Part shown: positions 54,290 through 63,397 of the stretch, in pieces | Numbering within the stretch: position 1 is the stretch's first letter | Layout: every line of letters starts with the position of its first letter | Virus record (IMG/VR): IMGVR_UViG_3300014202_000478 | Location: 27,464-91,463 of that record | Length of the DNA stretch: 64,000 bases | Strand: one strand, 5' to 3' | Origin: a virus | Position numbers and translations under genes: made by a program | Notes under the pieces: model-generated | What the model was told of the DNA's origin: nothing | The model's input: the letters and a program-made list of their open reading frames with translations, nothing else | The model's database searches: none

Positions 54290-55336
54290 TTATTTCTTCA
54301 TTGATTCTTCTAGTTCCATTACACTCTTCTTAAGCTCCTCAATAGAATCCTTGATTTCATCATCACTCATGGTCCCTGCCATGAAGTTAGGTCTTTCTAT
54401 AGGTGCCGCTGGGTCACGCTCATCACAAATGCGATTCGGCAATTCTTTGAGTCTATAAATAGGTTGAGCGATATAACTTTTAGCTGTCATATTGAATTGA
54501 TACTTCAAAACTCTGACCTTAGCATCACCAGGCTCAAGATCAATATTGTTCTGAGTGCTGTCTAATGTAACAATAACCTCCCACCATATGCCTTTTACCT
54601 GTAAGTATGCAACTGGTGAGAATTTTTGGAACGCCTGCTCTAATATCTGATTCATGTCCTCTTCGTATAGAGTCCACATATACAATGTATAACTGATATT
54701 GACTGGAATGCCTCTAGTAACACCAAAGAACGTGTCTTTATAGTATTTCTCTTGCTTCCAAAACCCGACAACATCATCTGGTGCTAACCACGGCAATAAC
54801 GAATAAGCCTTCTGATAAGTAAAACGACTCTGATCGAACTGCATCCCAGCATTCCAAATCGCTATAATCGGAAGCCTAATGCGATCAACAACCAATGAAT
54901 TGTCCTTGCGGACGTTATCCTGAAGAATTGCCGCTACCGCCTTCTCCTGACTAGCCCATATAATCGGCACCGTATGCTGTTTGCCCTGCTCATCAAGCAC
55001 CATGACATTCCTAAACATATCCAACATAGCTTCATCACAAGCGCGTATCGACCTGGAATAACGGTAAATCACTTCCCGATTGGGCGTATCCAGGTCATTA
55101 ATAATCTGGCCAGTTTGAATTGGGTCACATAGCCAATGTTGGCCTAAACCAAGCTTGTTGAAGGTTTTCCGTTTGTACCAGTCCTTCGGCGGCTGAATAG
55201 GAACTCGTTTTTGCGATGGCCAACCATCATCACAACATTGTGGTGGAACAGGGTCTATGTTTACTGAGTTCTTGTTGTCACGCGGATTGCAGTCCACTAA
55301 TGACTTCTCAGCATTTACATCCTTCATATTTGTCAT
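54290..55336 (-). CDS. tail terminator / sheath stabiliser (gp15-like)
   Basis: VPIIWASQEK, RLPIIAI, PVNISYTL...DMNQILEQ. Confidence 0.75.
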   Translation of the reverse strand: MTNMKDVNAEKSLVDCNPRDNKNSVNIDPVPPQCCDDGWPSQKRVPIQPPKDWYKRKTFNKLGLGQHWLCDPIQTGQIINDLDTPNREVIYRYSRSIRACDEAMLDMFRNVMVLDEQGKQHTVPIIWASQEKAVAAILQDNVRKDNSLVVDRIRLPIIAIWNAGMQFDQSRFTYQKAYSLLPWLAPDDVVGFWKQEKYYKDTFFGVTRGIPVNISYTLYMWTLYEEDMNQILEQAFQKFSPVAYLQVKGIWWEVIVTLDSTQNNIDLEPGDAKVRVLKYQFNMTAKSYIAQPIYRLKELPNRICDERDPAAPIERPNFMAGTMSDDEIKDSIEELKKSVMELEESMKK

Positions 55337-55362
55337 AATTGTATCTCCAATAACTATTTAAG

Positions 55363-55956
55363 TTATTGCTTGCAAGCTTTAGTATCATTACCACCCAATA
55401 AAGCACCTTCATTAACATTAATCTGCCTTTGTAGATTTGATGTATTCTGTGTAACTCGGCCTTCACCTGTAGTAACAGACTCTTGGAATCTCTGAGCAAT
55501 GATAGTCAATCTTAGCTCACCCCAAAGGAAGAAATCGCCAACATTACGCTGAATAACCACCCAATTCTCCCCCTTATGAGGAGTGTAAAGTCTAGAACCT
55601 ATCTTTGGTGGATGCCCAATAGCTTTTAATACCGCCCTATAGTTAAATTGAAACTGCACTTCATCAGGAGCATCTATACCAAACATGTTCATGTAGTTTT
55701 GAGATGGTATTGGCTCATAATAACCACTTAGGGTAATAGGATTGTTTGAAAACAACTTGCCACGGTCTTCACGATAAAGCGGGTCGATTGTCTGCCTTTG
55801 TATGAATACTTCAAAGTATAGTATGGGCGTACCCGCTATTTCTATCAACTCAGCATCAAAAGAATTAAGCAAAGCATGTTCTGGATTAGTCGGATCAAAG
55901 GTGTCTAACGATCCTGAAAGCTTGTAAGGTGTTCCATCACAATTCCTAATAGTCAT
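55363..55956 (-). CDS. neck protein (gp14-like)
   Basis: ELIEIAG.PILY, LYRED, MFGIDAPDE; TAAATA-N5-ATG start. Confidence 0.75.
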   Translation of the reverse strand: MTIRNCDGTPYKLSGSLDTFDPTNPEHALLNSFDAELIEIAGTPILYFEVFIQRQTIDPLYREDRGKLFSNNPITLSGYYEPIPSQNYMNMFGIDAPDEVQFQFNYRAVLKAIGHPPKIGSRLYTPHKGENWVVIQRNVGDFFLWGELRLTIIAQRFQESVTTGEGRVTQNTSNLQRQINVNEGALLGGNDTKACKQ

Positions 55957-56008
55957 GATATTATTTATGCACGATGGAATAGATAAATGAAATAAGGGAG
56001 AAATAAAT

Positions 56009-56878
56009 ATGCCAGGTTTTACAAGCCAAGATGACCTAACAGCCGAAATGAGCGTAGCTGGAAAACGCCTTATTTGTCCATTTAACAAAACAGCAACAAC
56101 CGCTCCTGTAGCTGCAAACTGGTATCACCTATGGCCAGTCGGCGGTATGCCAGGTGCTGGTGCCCTTTATACTGGCACAGCTTTAGCATTTCAGCAAACG
56201 ATGGATACGACTCCAGGCTCCCTTTACACAGGCGGCGATAAGCTTCCTGATTTTAAAGATTTGATTTATATGAACGGTGCAACTACCGCTGGTGCCGTTC
56301 CGCCTACTATATGGTTAGTTGATATGGTTGGTTATTATCCTTTAACGCAGGCCGCAGTCCCACAAGTATTTGATAATACAACCCCTCCTAACCGATACCA
56401 AACTAACGGAGGCTTACAAATGTCGTTAGTAGGTGCCGCCGCTGGTGGTGCAACTGCAAGCAACATCACAACATTGACTTACGTTGACCAAGACGGAAAC
56501 CCTGGCGCTACAATGCCAACCTCTCCTGCCGTAGCTGTCACTGTTTCCGTTGCCGCCCCAACCGCAACATTAGGTGCCCGTGTTCTAACAACCGTAGGTG
56601 GCCCATTTCTTCCATTGATGGCTGGGGACAGTGGAGTTCGAGAATTAACCAACATTACATTCTCCGCTGCTAACACTGGCTTGGAAGCAATAGCCTTGGT
56701 AAGACCATTAGCCGTTTTGCCATGTCCAACAGCTTTAACATACGGCGAGCGTGATCTGGTTAACCAGATTTCTAGCTTGGAACGTGTCTATGACGGTGCT
56801 TGCTTGATGTTTATGGTATATTTTGGCTCAGCCACAGGTGCTAACATTATGGGGGAGGTGGATGTTGCATGGGGTTAA
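56009..56878 (+). CDS. probable virion structural protein
   Basis: 289 aa Gly/Ala/Thr-rich; in head-tail module. Confidence 0.6.
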   Translation: MPGFTSQDDLTAEMSVAGKRLICPFNKTATTAPVAANWYHLWPVGGMPGAGALYTGTALAFQQTMDTTPGSLYTGGDKLPDFKDLIYMNGATTAGAVPPTIWLVDMVGYYPLTQAAVPQVFDNTTPPNRYQTNGGLQMSLVGAAAGGATASNITTLTYVDQDGNPGATMPTSPAVAVTVSVAAPTATLGARVLTTVGGPFLPLMAGDSGVRELTNITFSAANTGLEAIALVRPLAVLPCPTALTYGERDLVNQISSLERVYDGACLMFMVYFGSATGANIMGEVDVAWG

Positions 56879-57663
56879 TAGTTAGGAAAGTCCTTGGAAG
56901 AATAATAGGTGGTGGAACCGCTGGCGTACTAGGCAAGGACAATCTCCCTGTCTGGTGGGATAGCCAATTTGCGCGCGGTACTATCAACCAAAATGGTAGA
57001 CCAGCCGCTGGTGGTTCACCTAAAAATTCGATGAGAGTGATGACCACTCCCCAATTCGCATCAGGCTTTACACTTGATAGCGATAGAGATTGGGCTGCAC
57101 CCTACCAAGATATTACCGTGCATTTTGATGCTATGATGGAAGACCCTGCTTTGGTTGTAGATGGTGCAGCCACAGGACATACCATCAAAGTCAACGCTGT
57201 AGCCCAAACCACCACTTACAGAAGTGGTTCTGGAGATAATAAATGGGTTTTTCGCATACCAACCTTGGTTCATAAAGACGATGTAATCACTTGGTCCTAC
57301 GATTCGTCCATTGGTTCTACAGTAACTGTGTTCCTGCCAGCAGTAGAGTTGGCGACCGAAGTTGATAGACAAGTAGAGAATTTCTTATTCAAATACATAA
57401 GATTCATTCTCATGGACTCCAACTGCTCTACTGTCAATAGTGAAACTATTAAAATAGCAATAGACGCTTATGATAGCGGAATAGCGACAAACAGTAATTG
57501 GATGTTGCGTCGTCAGTTTGGCACTACCACAACAGATGGGGTTGGACAGATTTCCTTGCTTTATACTGGTGTTGAGAATTATGGCGATACTGTTTATGTA
57601 ACAGTAATTAGACCTAATACACTGCCGACCCAAAGCATGGTCTGGACAACAACGGTGCAATAA
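56869..57663 (+). CDS. probable virion structural protein
   Basis: 264 aa beta-rich; coupled to neighbours. Confidence 0.6.
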   Translation: MGLIVRKVLGRIIGGGTAGVLGKDNLPVWWDSQFARGTINQNGRPAAGGSPKNSMRVMTTPQFASGFTLDSDRDWAAPYQDITVHFDAMMEDPALVVDGAATGHTIKVNAVAQTTTYRSGSGDNKWVFRIPTLVHKDDVITWSYDSSIGSTVTVFLPAVELATEVDRQVENFLFKYIRFILMDSNCSTVNSETIKIAIDAYDSGIATNSNWMLRRQFGTTTTDGVGQISLLYTGVENYGDTVYVTVIRPNTLPTQSMVWTTTVQ

Positions 57664-58688
57664 TGGCACATTTACTTACTCATGACCCCACAAGTTGTGG
57701 CGTCGGAACTTTACATACCAATAGTCCCCCAACACAAGATTGCAGTAGCGCAACCCTAGCTTGCGTCTCCACCCTTACCGCCAATGGTACTGTTACCCGT
57801 GGTGGTCGAGCCAATTTATTATGCGTAGCAAATGTAGATGCCAGCGCCATGAAATCAGCTAACGCCCAAGCTAACTTACTCTGTGTAGCCAATGTCGATG
57901 CTAGTGCCATGAAAACTGTAGCTGGTGTTGCAAACTTACTCTGTGTAGCCAATGTAAACGCTAGTGCCATGAAAACTGTAGCTGGTGTTGCAAACTTACT
58001 CTGTGTAGGAAATGTAGACGCAAACGCTATGAAGGTTGCCAATGCACATGCTGATTTACTTTGCGTGGTGAATGTAAACGCTAGTGCCATGAAAACTGTA
58101 GCTGGTGTTGCAAACTTACTATGCGTAGGAAATGTCGATGCCAACGCTATGAAGGTTGCCAATGCACATGCAAACTTGCTCTGTGTAGCCAATGTCGATG
58201 CCAACGCTACCAAAACAGTTAATGCTCAGGCCAATATTATATGTGTGGCCAATGTCGATGCTAGTGCCATGAAAACTGTAGCTGGCGTTGCAAACTTACT
58301 CTGTGTAGCCAATGTCGATGCCAACGCTATGAAGACTGTTAGTGCGAGTGCGGGTTTAAGATGTATTGCTAATGCCTCTGCCAATGGTGGTAAATTTAAA
58401 TTTGGTTCTGCTAGAATCACAGTTCGATCTGGCATCTTCGTTGGAAGAACGACGATCACCAGGATAATTCACGGTCCTGGCAAACCAGCGAATGCTTGTG
58501 CTAAGTCTGGCGGGTCTATACCAAGAACTGGCGGCTCCACTAGAGTACCTAAGCTTAACTCATCAACCAATGTCCCAACAACTGGAGGAACTACCAATAT
58601 ACCAAAGACTGGTGGTACTGTTAATGTTCCAAAGGTTAACTCGGCTAAGCCGATAGTATTAAGGATTAATAATGGCCGTAAGTGTTAA
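57663..58688 (+). CDS. 20-aa tandem repeat protein
   Basis: Nine ANLLCVANVDASAMKTVAGV-type units plus degenerate flanks. Confidence 0.75.
   Translation: MAHLLTHDPTSCGVGTLHTNSPPTQDCSSATLACVSTLTANGTVTRGGRANLLCVANVDASAMKSANAQANLLCVANVDASAMKTVAGVANLLCVANVNASAMKTVAGVANLLCVGNVDANAMKVANAHADLLCVVNVNASAMKTVAGVANLLCVGNVDANAMKVANAHANLLCVANVDANATKTVNAQANIICVANVDASAMKTVAGVANLLCVANVDANAMKTVSASAGLRCIANASANGGKFKFGSARITVRSGIFVGRTTITRIIHGPGKPANACAKSGGSIPRTGGSTRVPKLNSSTNVPTTGGTTNIPKTGGTVNVPKVNSAKPIVLRINNGRKC
57810..58349 (+). repeat. 9 x 60-bp coding tandem repeat
   Basis: Near-identical units such as gcaaacttactctgtgtagccaatgtcgatgctagtgccatgaaaactgtagctggtgtt. Confidence 0.9.
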
Positions 58689-59125
58689 GGACATACGCCG
58701 TCAATCTGTATATCAAGCTGGCTAATTGCAAAGGCAAATATGTCTTGATCGTCTATGGTCTTAGGAGTGGTTAAAACTCCGTAGAATAGCATATTACCAG
58801 CACCATAAGTGGCACTGTCTACTATTGCAACGTAAGTGATTGTACCCCAGCTACCGCCGCTGGCTTGAGGGAATGTTATAGCTGTAACGTTTTGGGTTGT
58901 GCCATCACCAGCGATAGGGGCTGACCAATTAGCGTCGGCAGGACCAAATACAACTCTTGAATAACCAAAAGCGTTTGCTACTTCTGGTATCGTTGCGCCT
59001 GTACTGGCGTCTGTAGGGGCAGCGGTACAAAGAGCAATAGCTATGGTTGCTGGCTTTGAGTAGGTTGCTGTACGGAAAATAAGGTTTATAAGTTCACCTT
59101 CAAGATAATTGCTCATTGCGGCCAT
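58685..59125 (-). CDS. conserved virion/tail-associated protein (MSNYLE family)
   Basis: MSNYLEGELINLIF, AIALCTAAPTD, YSRV, ITFP.A..GSWGTI, GNMLFYG.L. Confidence 0.75.
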   Translation of the reverse strand: MAAMSNYLEGELINLIFRTATYSKPATIAIALCTAAPTDASTGATIPEVANAFGYSRVVFGPADANWSAPIAGDGTTQNVTAITFPQASGGSWGTITYVAIVDSATYGAGNMLFYGVLTTPKTIDDQDIFAFAISQLDIQIDGVCP

Positions 59126-59177
59126 AAAAATCCCCTTTCTTTATATATATTTTCGTACTTCATATTTAAATACTGAA

Positions 59178-59753
59178 ATGGCTATTAAAAATAAAGACGG
59201 TTCAGCATATGGTTTCACTAAGCCCGCACCCCAAATGGAACAACAAGTTTTTTGGGATAAAAAAGAAAAAATTGTATTCCATAACAAATTTGGTGAAAAA
59301 CATCATCGAGAAGACATGAAAATTGTCGAGCCTGAACCTGTCCATAGGGAAATTAAAGTCGTAGACTTCAAAGAAGTTGCCAAACAACACGATGACGAAA
59401 TTAAGATCGTTCAGGCAATAGAAGAGTCAAAGCCAAAACCAATTAGTGAAAGTATTGTGGAAGTGTGGTGTTTGCCCTGTCTTCAATACTCAGAAAATGT
59501 CGATCCTCTTTATGACGAAAGCTATGCCAATGTTACATATGGAGAGAAATTCACGTTTAGAGCTAAATTGGCAGAATTAGAAGACCTTTATATTAAGTTC
59601 GTCACTGAAATTGATGTTAAATTAACCGAGGAATCAGTCATCTACCCTAAAATAAAGAACCGAAGATGGTGGAAAATTAAAGGCGTAAAAGAAGTGCAAG
59701 GCTACAATCTCTATCTAGGTATGATTAGTGACTACCAACCAGCCTTCGTTTAA
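59178..59753 (+). CDS. hypothetical protein
   Basis: MAIKNKDGSAY; TAAATA-N5-ATG. Confidence 0.7.
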   Translation: MAIKNKDGSAYGFTKPAPQMEQQVFWDKKEKIVFHNKFGEKHHREDMKIVEPEPVHREIKVVDFKEVAKQHDDEIKIVQAIEESKPKPISESIVEVWCLPCLQYSENVDPLYDESYANVTYGEKFTFRAKLAELEDLYIKFVTEIDVKLTEESVIYPKIKNRRWWKIKGVKEVQGYNLYLGMISDYQPAFV

Positions 59754-60016
59754 TCTTTGGTTAATAAACTAACCTCTATGCCAAGCTTATTGAGTTGGTC
59801 CCTATAATCATCAACCGCTTTTTTATATCCAGTGCCTAAAATGTCATTAATCATTTCGCCAAATATCTTTAGGTCGTTGTCTGTTACGAGAGAAGCTGAT
59901 ATGCGGGTAAGAAGTTCATCATACACGCCAACTTTTGGCCCCATGACTTGGGACATGAATTTTTTAAGTGCAATACCCTTTGGGTTTTGCATGAATTGTG
60001 CCCACTGATTGTTCAT
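59750..60016 (-). CDS. hypothetical protein
   Basis: 88 aa. Confidence 0.65.
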   Translation of the reverse strand: MNNQWAQFMQNPKGIALKKFMSQVMGPKVGVYDELLTRISASLVTDNDLKIFGEMINDILGTGYKKAVDDYRDQLNKLGIEVSLLTKD

Positions 60017-60177
60017 TTTTTAGATTTCTTTCTAGGTTTTAAGTCGGTACAAGCACCTTGTACTTGAAAATCGGGACCACCTTTACAGCTACCGACTATG
60101 GCACCTGTATAGCCAGTCCCCATTTCATATAGTTTCTTGCACCATTCTTTAAAAGAAAGCTTAGGAATGGTGTGCAT
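60013..60177 (-). CDS. small protein (54 aa) with capsid-targeting-like motif
   Basis: MHTIPKLSFKEWCKKLYEMGTG...PRKKSKK; overlaps both neighbours; not in ORF track. Confidence 0.55.
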   Translation of the reverse strand: MHTIPKLSFKEWCKKLYEMGTGYTGAIVGSCKGGPDFQVQGACTDLKPRKKSKK

Positions 60178-63100
60178 GTTCTAGCTCTCCCAATATTTCT
60201 GGCAATTGCTTGTTGAATAGCAAATACTCTTCCTTTGGCGGTAAACCTTTAGCAAACAACGGTCTACGCTGCTTGATTGTGTTTAACACCTGACGGAGTT
60301 GTTGTGCCGAACCTGGAGTCGCCAACATCTCAGCCTTCTTACTTAATAAAGCATTACCAAGCTTTAACATGTCCTCTGTGCTGTTGATGGTGTTAGCCAT
60401 GCCAAACAACTCAGGTAGAGGTTGTGAAAGAGCCTTCGCAGCCTGTGCCTGTGGCTGTGCCACCGCCTGTGGTTGTTGCGGCATTTGGGTTGGCTGCTGT
60501 TGCTGTTGTTGAGCCATCTTGCTCTCTTGTGAGAACTTAGATTCCCATTTCGACATTTCTGCTTGCCAATCAGCCTGTAGTTCCTCGTCTGTCTTGTCAA
60601 TTTCGTCATGTATGTCAACAACTTTTTGATAAGCCTGGAATCCCCACTGCTTCAATGCTCCCAATATTAATTTTGGCTCCTCAAAGAGCATGGCAATCAT
60701 TTGGGCAACCGCATGTGCAGTAGGTGGCAACTTCGATGGACCTACTTCGCCGCCAGTTTGAACCGCTTGCATCATTTGTGGATTCCATACTACAGCCTTC
60801 ATAGATTCCTTGCTTGACAAGTGCATAAAGTCATCCATCCACTTATCCATAGTTTCTTTAAGCTTGATATCATGGGCACTTGGCTTATTGACTGAAGCAA
60901 GTGTCTTGGTTCGCTGTACTACGTCTTCAATTTCCATATCGCTAAACGAAGCGTGCTTCTTTAATGCTTCTGCAACATGCTTAAGCACTTCTGGCTCTCT
61001 CTTTTCTTCGTTAGGAATAGTGGCCTTTAATTCATCATCGTATTTCTGATATACTTCAATCGACAGTTCTATCGCATCTTGAATCTTTTTCTCCGCACTC
61101 TTTAGGTCAGCTTCTACTTGTGGGACTTTTCCAAGTCTCTGTAGAATCTGCCTTCTTCTCAAAGTGAAAAACTCAGGTGCCTGTGCCGACACCTTATGCA
61201 ATTTCTGCCCACGTCTTGCAATAGAAGTCTGGTCGGAGTGAAGCCAACGTCGTTTTGCGGGAAGGTCTATATGTTGAACCTTACCTTGAAGTTTTTGCGC
61301 ACCTTCTTCTACTTCACCTTCAGAACTTTTGCCCGATGCATTTGCTGCACTAAGTTCAGCAGTTGTACCGACACCGAAGTTTTTGCGGTGTCTTCTGGAA
61401 AGAACGTCATTAAAACCGATCTGTGCAGCACTTAACAAGAACCATTCGACTTTTTGACCTCTTCGAATGGCATTGCCTTCTTCGTCAATGTCCTCTGGTT
61501 TGTAATCTTTTAATAGATTAAACCTATCGTCTTTGATGCCGTAACGTGGATCGTTAAGCCATGTAAGCAAATTATAAGCGGCAAACGTTGCTAACTCCGT
61601 GTCTTTGGCCCTTAGTGCCTTGATTACTTGCGGAGGATGCCTCCCGTTCCTTTGCATAGAATCTAGGAATCTATCTATCTTGCCCTTAGATTCATACCCT
61701 TCACCCGCACCTTCTGTTCTATCGCCAATTAGTTCGAACATCATTTTTGGATAGTATTCCTTAATGAACTCGCCCATCTTGTCTTCTGGAACATTCAAGG
61801 CACCTTGGCCTTGAGTTAGGAAGTTTGGACGAGGACCAGCCGCGTAAGTACGCAAAGGATCAGCATATGGATCATCTGTTCCATCTGACTTACCAAAGAC
61901 GTGCCTCGCAACATGATGTAAACTTCTAGCATTCGCTTTAATGAAATCTTTCTGCTCCTGTGTCCACAAATCCCAATTTTTTAGGAAAGTCTTAAGTTCG
62001 CCTGGACGTGTTGCGTCCACGAAAGATGCACCTAGTTTTGGGCTTATTTTATTAAACCTAGCTTCCGCTTCATCCATTGTTTCCGTATCTGGATTCCAGT
62101 CGAAAGCAGGATTGGTTCTTTTAGCCAATGCTGCTCTTTGAGCGTTAGTAAGATCAACAGGACTGCCCTTATGCAATTGTGGCAATACCTTTTGTGGGTT
62201 TAAGAAAGGAATCGTATACTCTCCAGACTTATCCGTAATAGTATTGTTCTTATTATCAAGCTCAACAAAACTTAACTTCCTTTTAATGGTTGGGATACTG
62301 TGCTTTAGAGTATATGTGCCTGGCTCTAAATGATCTTTCTTGACAGTAAGGCCATAGCCTGGATGTTTATTCAATTCTTCAGGCTTTGTTGAACCAATCA
62401 CATGTACTCTTGGCTTCTTTGTTATGGGGTCTATATCCAGAGGATCAGCATAAGTAGGTGGATGAGTTCCAAAAAGCTCAAGTGCATTCGCAGTGATCCA
62501 ATCCGACATATTCTTCTGTGATGTTGGTGTCTGTGGCACTGTATAAGAACTGAAAGTATGCTTTTTTACATCTTTCATCTTGCCACGGATTCTCTTGATA
62601 GCCGCCTGAACCTCGTCGCTATCAACAGGCGCATCAGCTAGTTTACCACCAAGATATGCTTGAATGTCCTGATCTGGAATGTTGTCAATATCCTCATCAG
62701 TAACTTCTGCCATATCATTAAGGTCAAAGTTGTATAAACCATGCTTGTACTTGCTTGGGTGTGCAGGATGTTCAGGGTCAGTATGGCTTGGATCAATTTC
62801 CGACAAGCTTGGACCATCCCCAGCCCAATGAGGGTGTAATTCGTCTGATCCTGGCTTTCTAGGATCATATGTTTTGGAATGTGGCTGGCCTTTCGGTGGG
62901 CTAGTAAGCTTTTTGGCCAAGTCAGTTAACCCTATGTAAATATTTCTTGGCCCGCCCTGCTTGCCAAAGATGTAAAATTTATGCTTTCTTGAACCTGGCA
63001 ACACTAGCTTATCTGTCCAGTTCCACCCATCAGGTATGTGAGTAATGTCTGTTGGGTCTTTTGACCGCATCATCTCTCGCAAACCTGCATTATATCTCCA

Positions 63101-63328
63101 GTTAATAGCATCTGACCACACATTGTATGGAAACTGGCTTAGAAATTTATAGTCATCGGCATCGTGCAAAATTGGCTGTTTCGGGTCATCCACTTCTTGC
63201 GTACCCATTGCCATTTCAGAATAATTTTTATACAAATTATCGTAAAAATTTCTTCTTGCTTCAGCAGCTAATAAGTGGCAGAAGTTCTTGGCGTCCCAGG
63301 TTTTGTCAACGTATTTGCTAAATCTCAT
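60161..63328 (-). CDS. large hypothetical protein, possible capsid-internal protein
   Basis: 1055 aa; starts MRFSKYVD; Gln-rich linker near C-terminus. Confidence 0.75.
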   Translation of the reverse strand: MRFSKYVDKTWDAKNFCHLLAAEARRNFYDNLYKNYSEMAMGTQEVDDPKQPILHDADDYKFLSQFPYNVWSDAINWRYNAGLREMMRSKDPTDITHIPDGWNWTDKLVLPGSRKHKFYIFGKQGGPRNIYIGLTDLAKKLTSPPKGQPHSKTYDPRKPGSDELHPHWAGDGPSLSEIDPSHTDPEHPAHPSKYKHGLYNFDLNDMAEVTDEDIDNIPDQDIQAYLGGKLADAPVDSDEVQAAIKRIRGKMKDVKKHTFSSYTVPQTPTSQKNMSDWITANALELFGTHPPTYADPLDIDPITKKPRVHVIGSTKPEELNKHPGYGLTVKKDHLEPGTYTLKHSIPTIKRKLSFVELDNKNNTITDKSGEYTIPFLNPQKVLPQLHKGSPVDLTNAQRAALAKRTNPAFDWNPDTETMDEAEARFNKISPKLGASFVDATRPGELKTFLKNWDLWTQEQKDFIKANARSLHHVARHVFGKSDGTDDPYADPLRTYAAGPRPNFLTQGQGALNVPEDKMGEFIKEYYPKMMFELIGDRTEGAGEGYESKGKIDRFLDSMQRNGRHPPQVIKALRAKDTELATFAAYNLLTWLNDPRYGIKDDRFNLLKDYKPEDIDEEGNAIRRGQKVEWFLLSAAQIGFNDVLSRRHRKNFGVGTTAELSAANASGKSSEGEVEEGAQKLQGKVQHIDLPAKRRWLHSDQTSIARRGQKLHKVSAQAPEFFTLRRRQILQRLGKVPQVEADLKSAEKKIQDAIELSIEVYQKYDDELKATIPNEEKREPEVLKHVAEALKKHASFSDMEIEDVVQRTKTLASVNKPSAHDIKLKETMDKWMDDFMHLSSKESMKAVVWNPQMMQAVQTGGEVGPSKLPPTAHAVAQMIAMLFEEPKLILGALKQWGFQAYQKVVDIHDEIDKTDEELQADWQAEMSKWESKFSQESKMAQQQQQQPTQMPQQPQAVAQPQAQAAKALSQPLPELFGMANTINSTEDMLKLGNALLSKKAEMLATPGSAQQLRQVLNTIKQRRPLFAKGLPPKEEYLLFNKQLPEILGELEHAHHS

Positions 63329-63397
63329 ATCTTCTTTACCTTTTAATTATATATTACCAACTTTAAAGTTTTAGCACTGGTTTGAATAAATAGAATT

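Noticed and set aside
57810-58349. CRISPR array
   Set aside because: Contiguous 60-bp in-frame coding units with no unique spacers. No CRISPR array was seen anywhere in the window.
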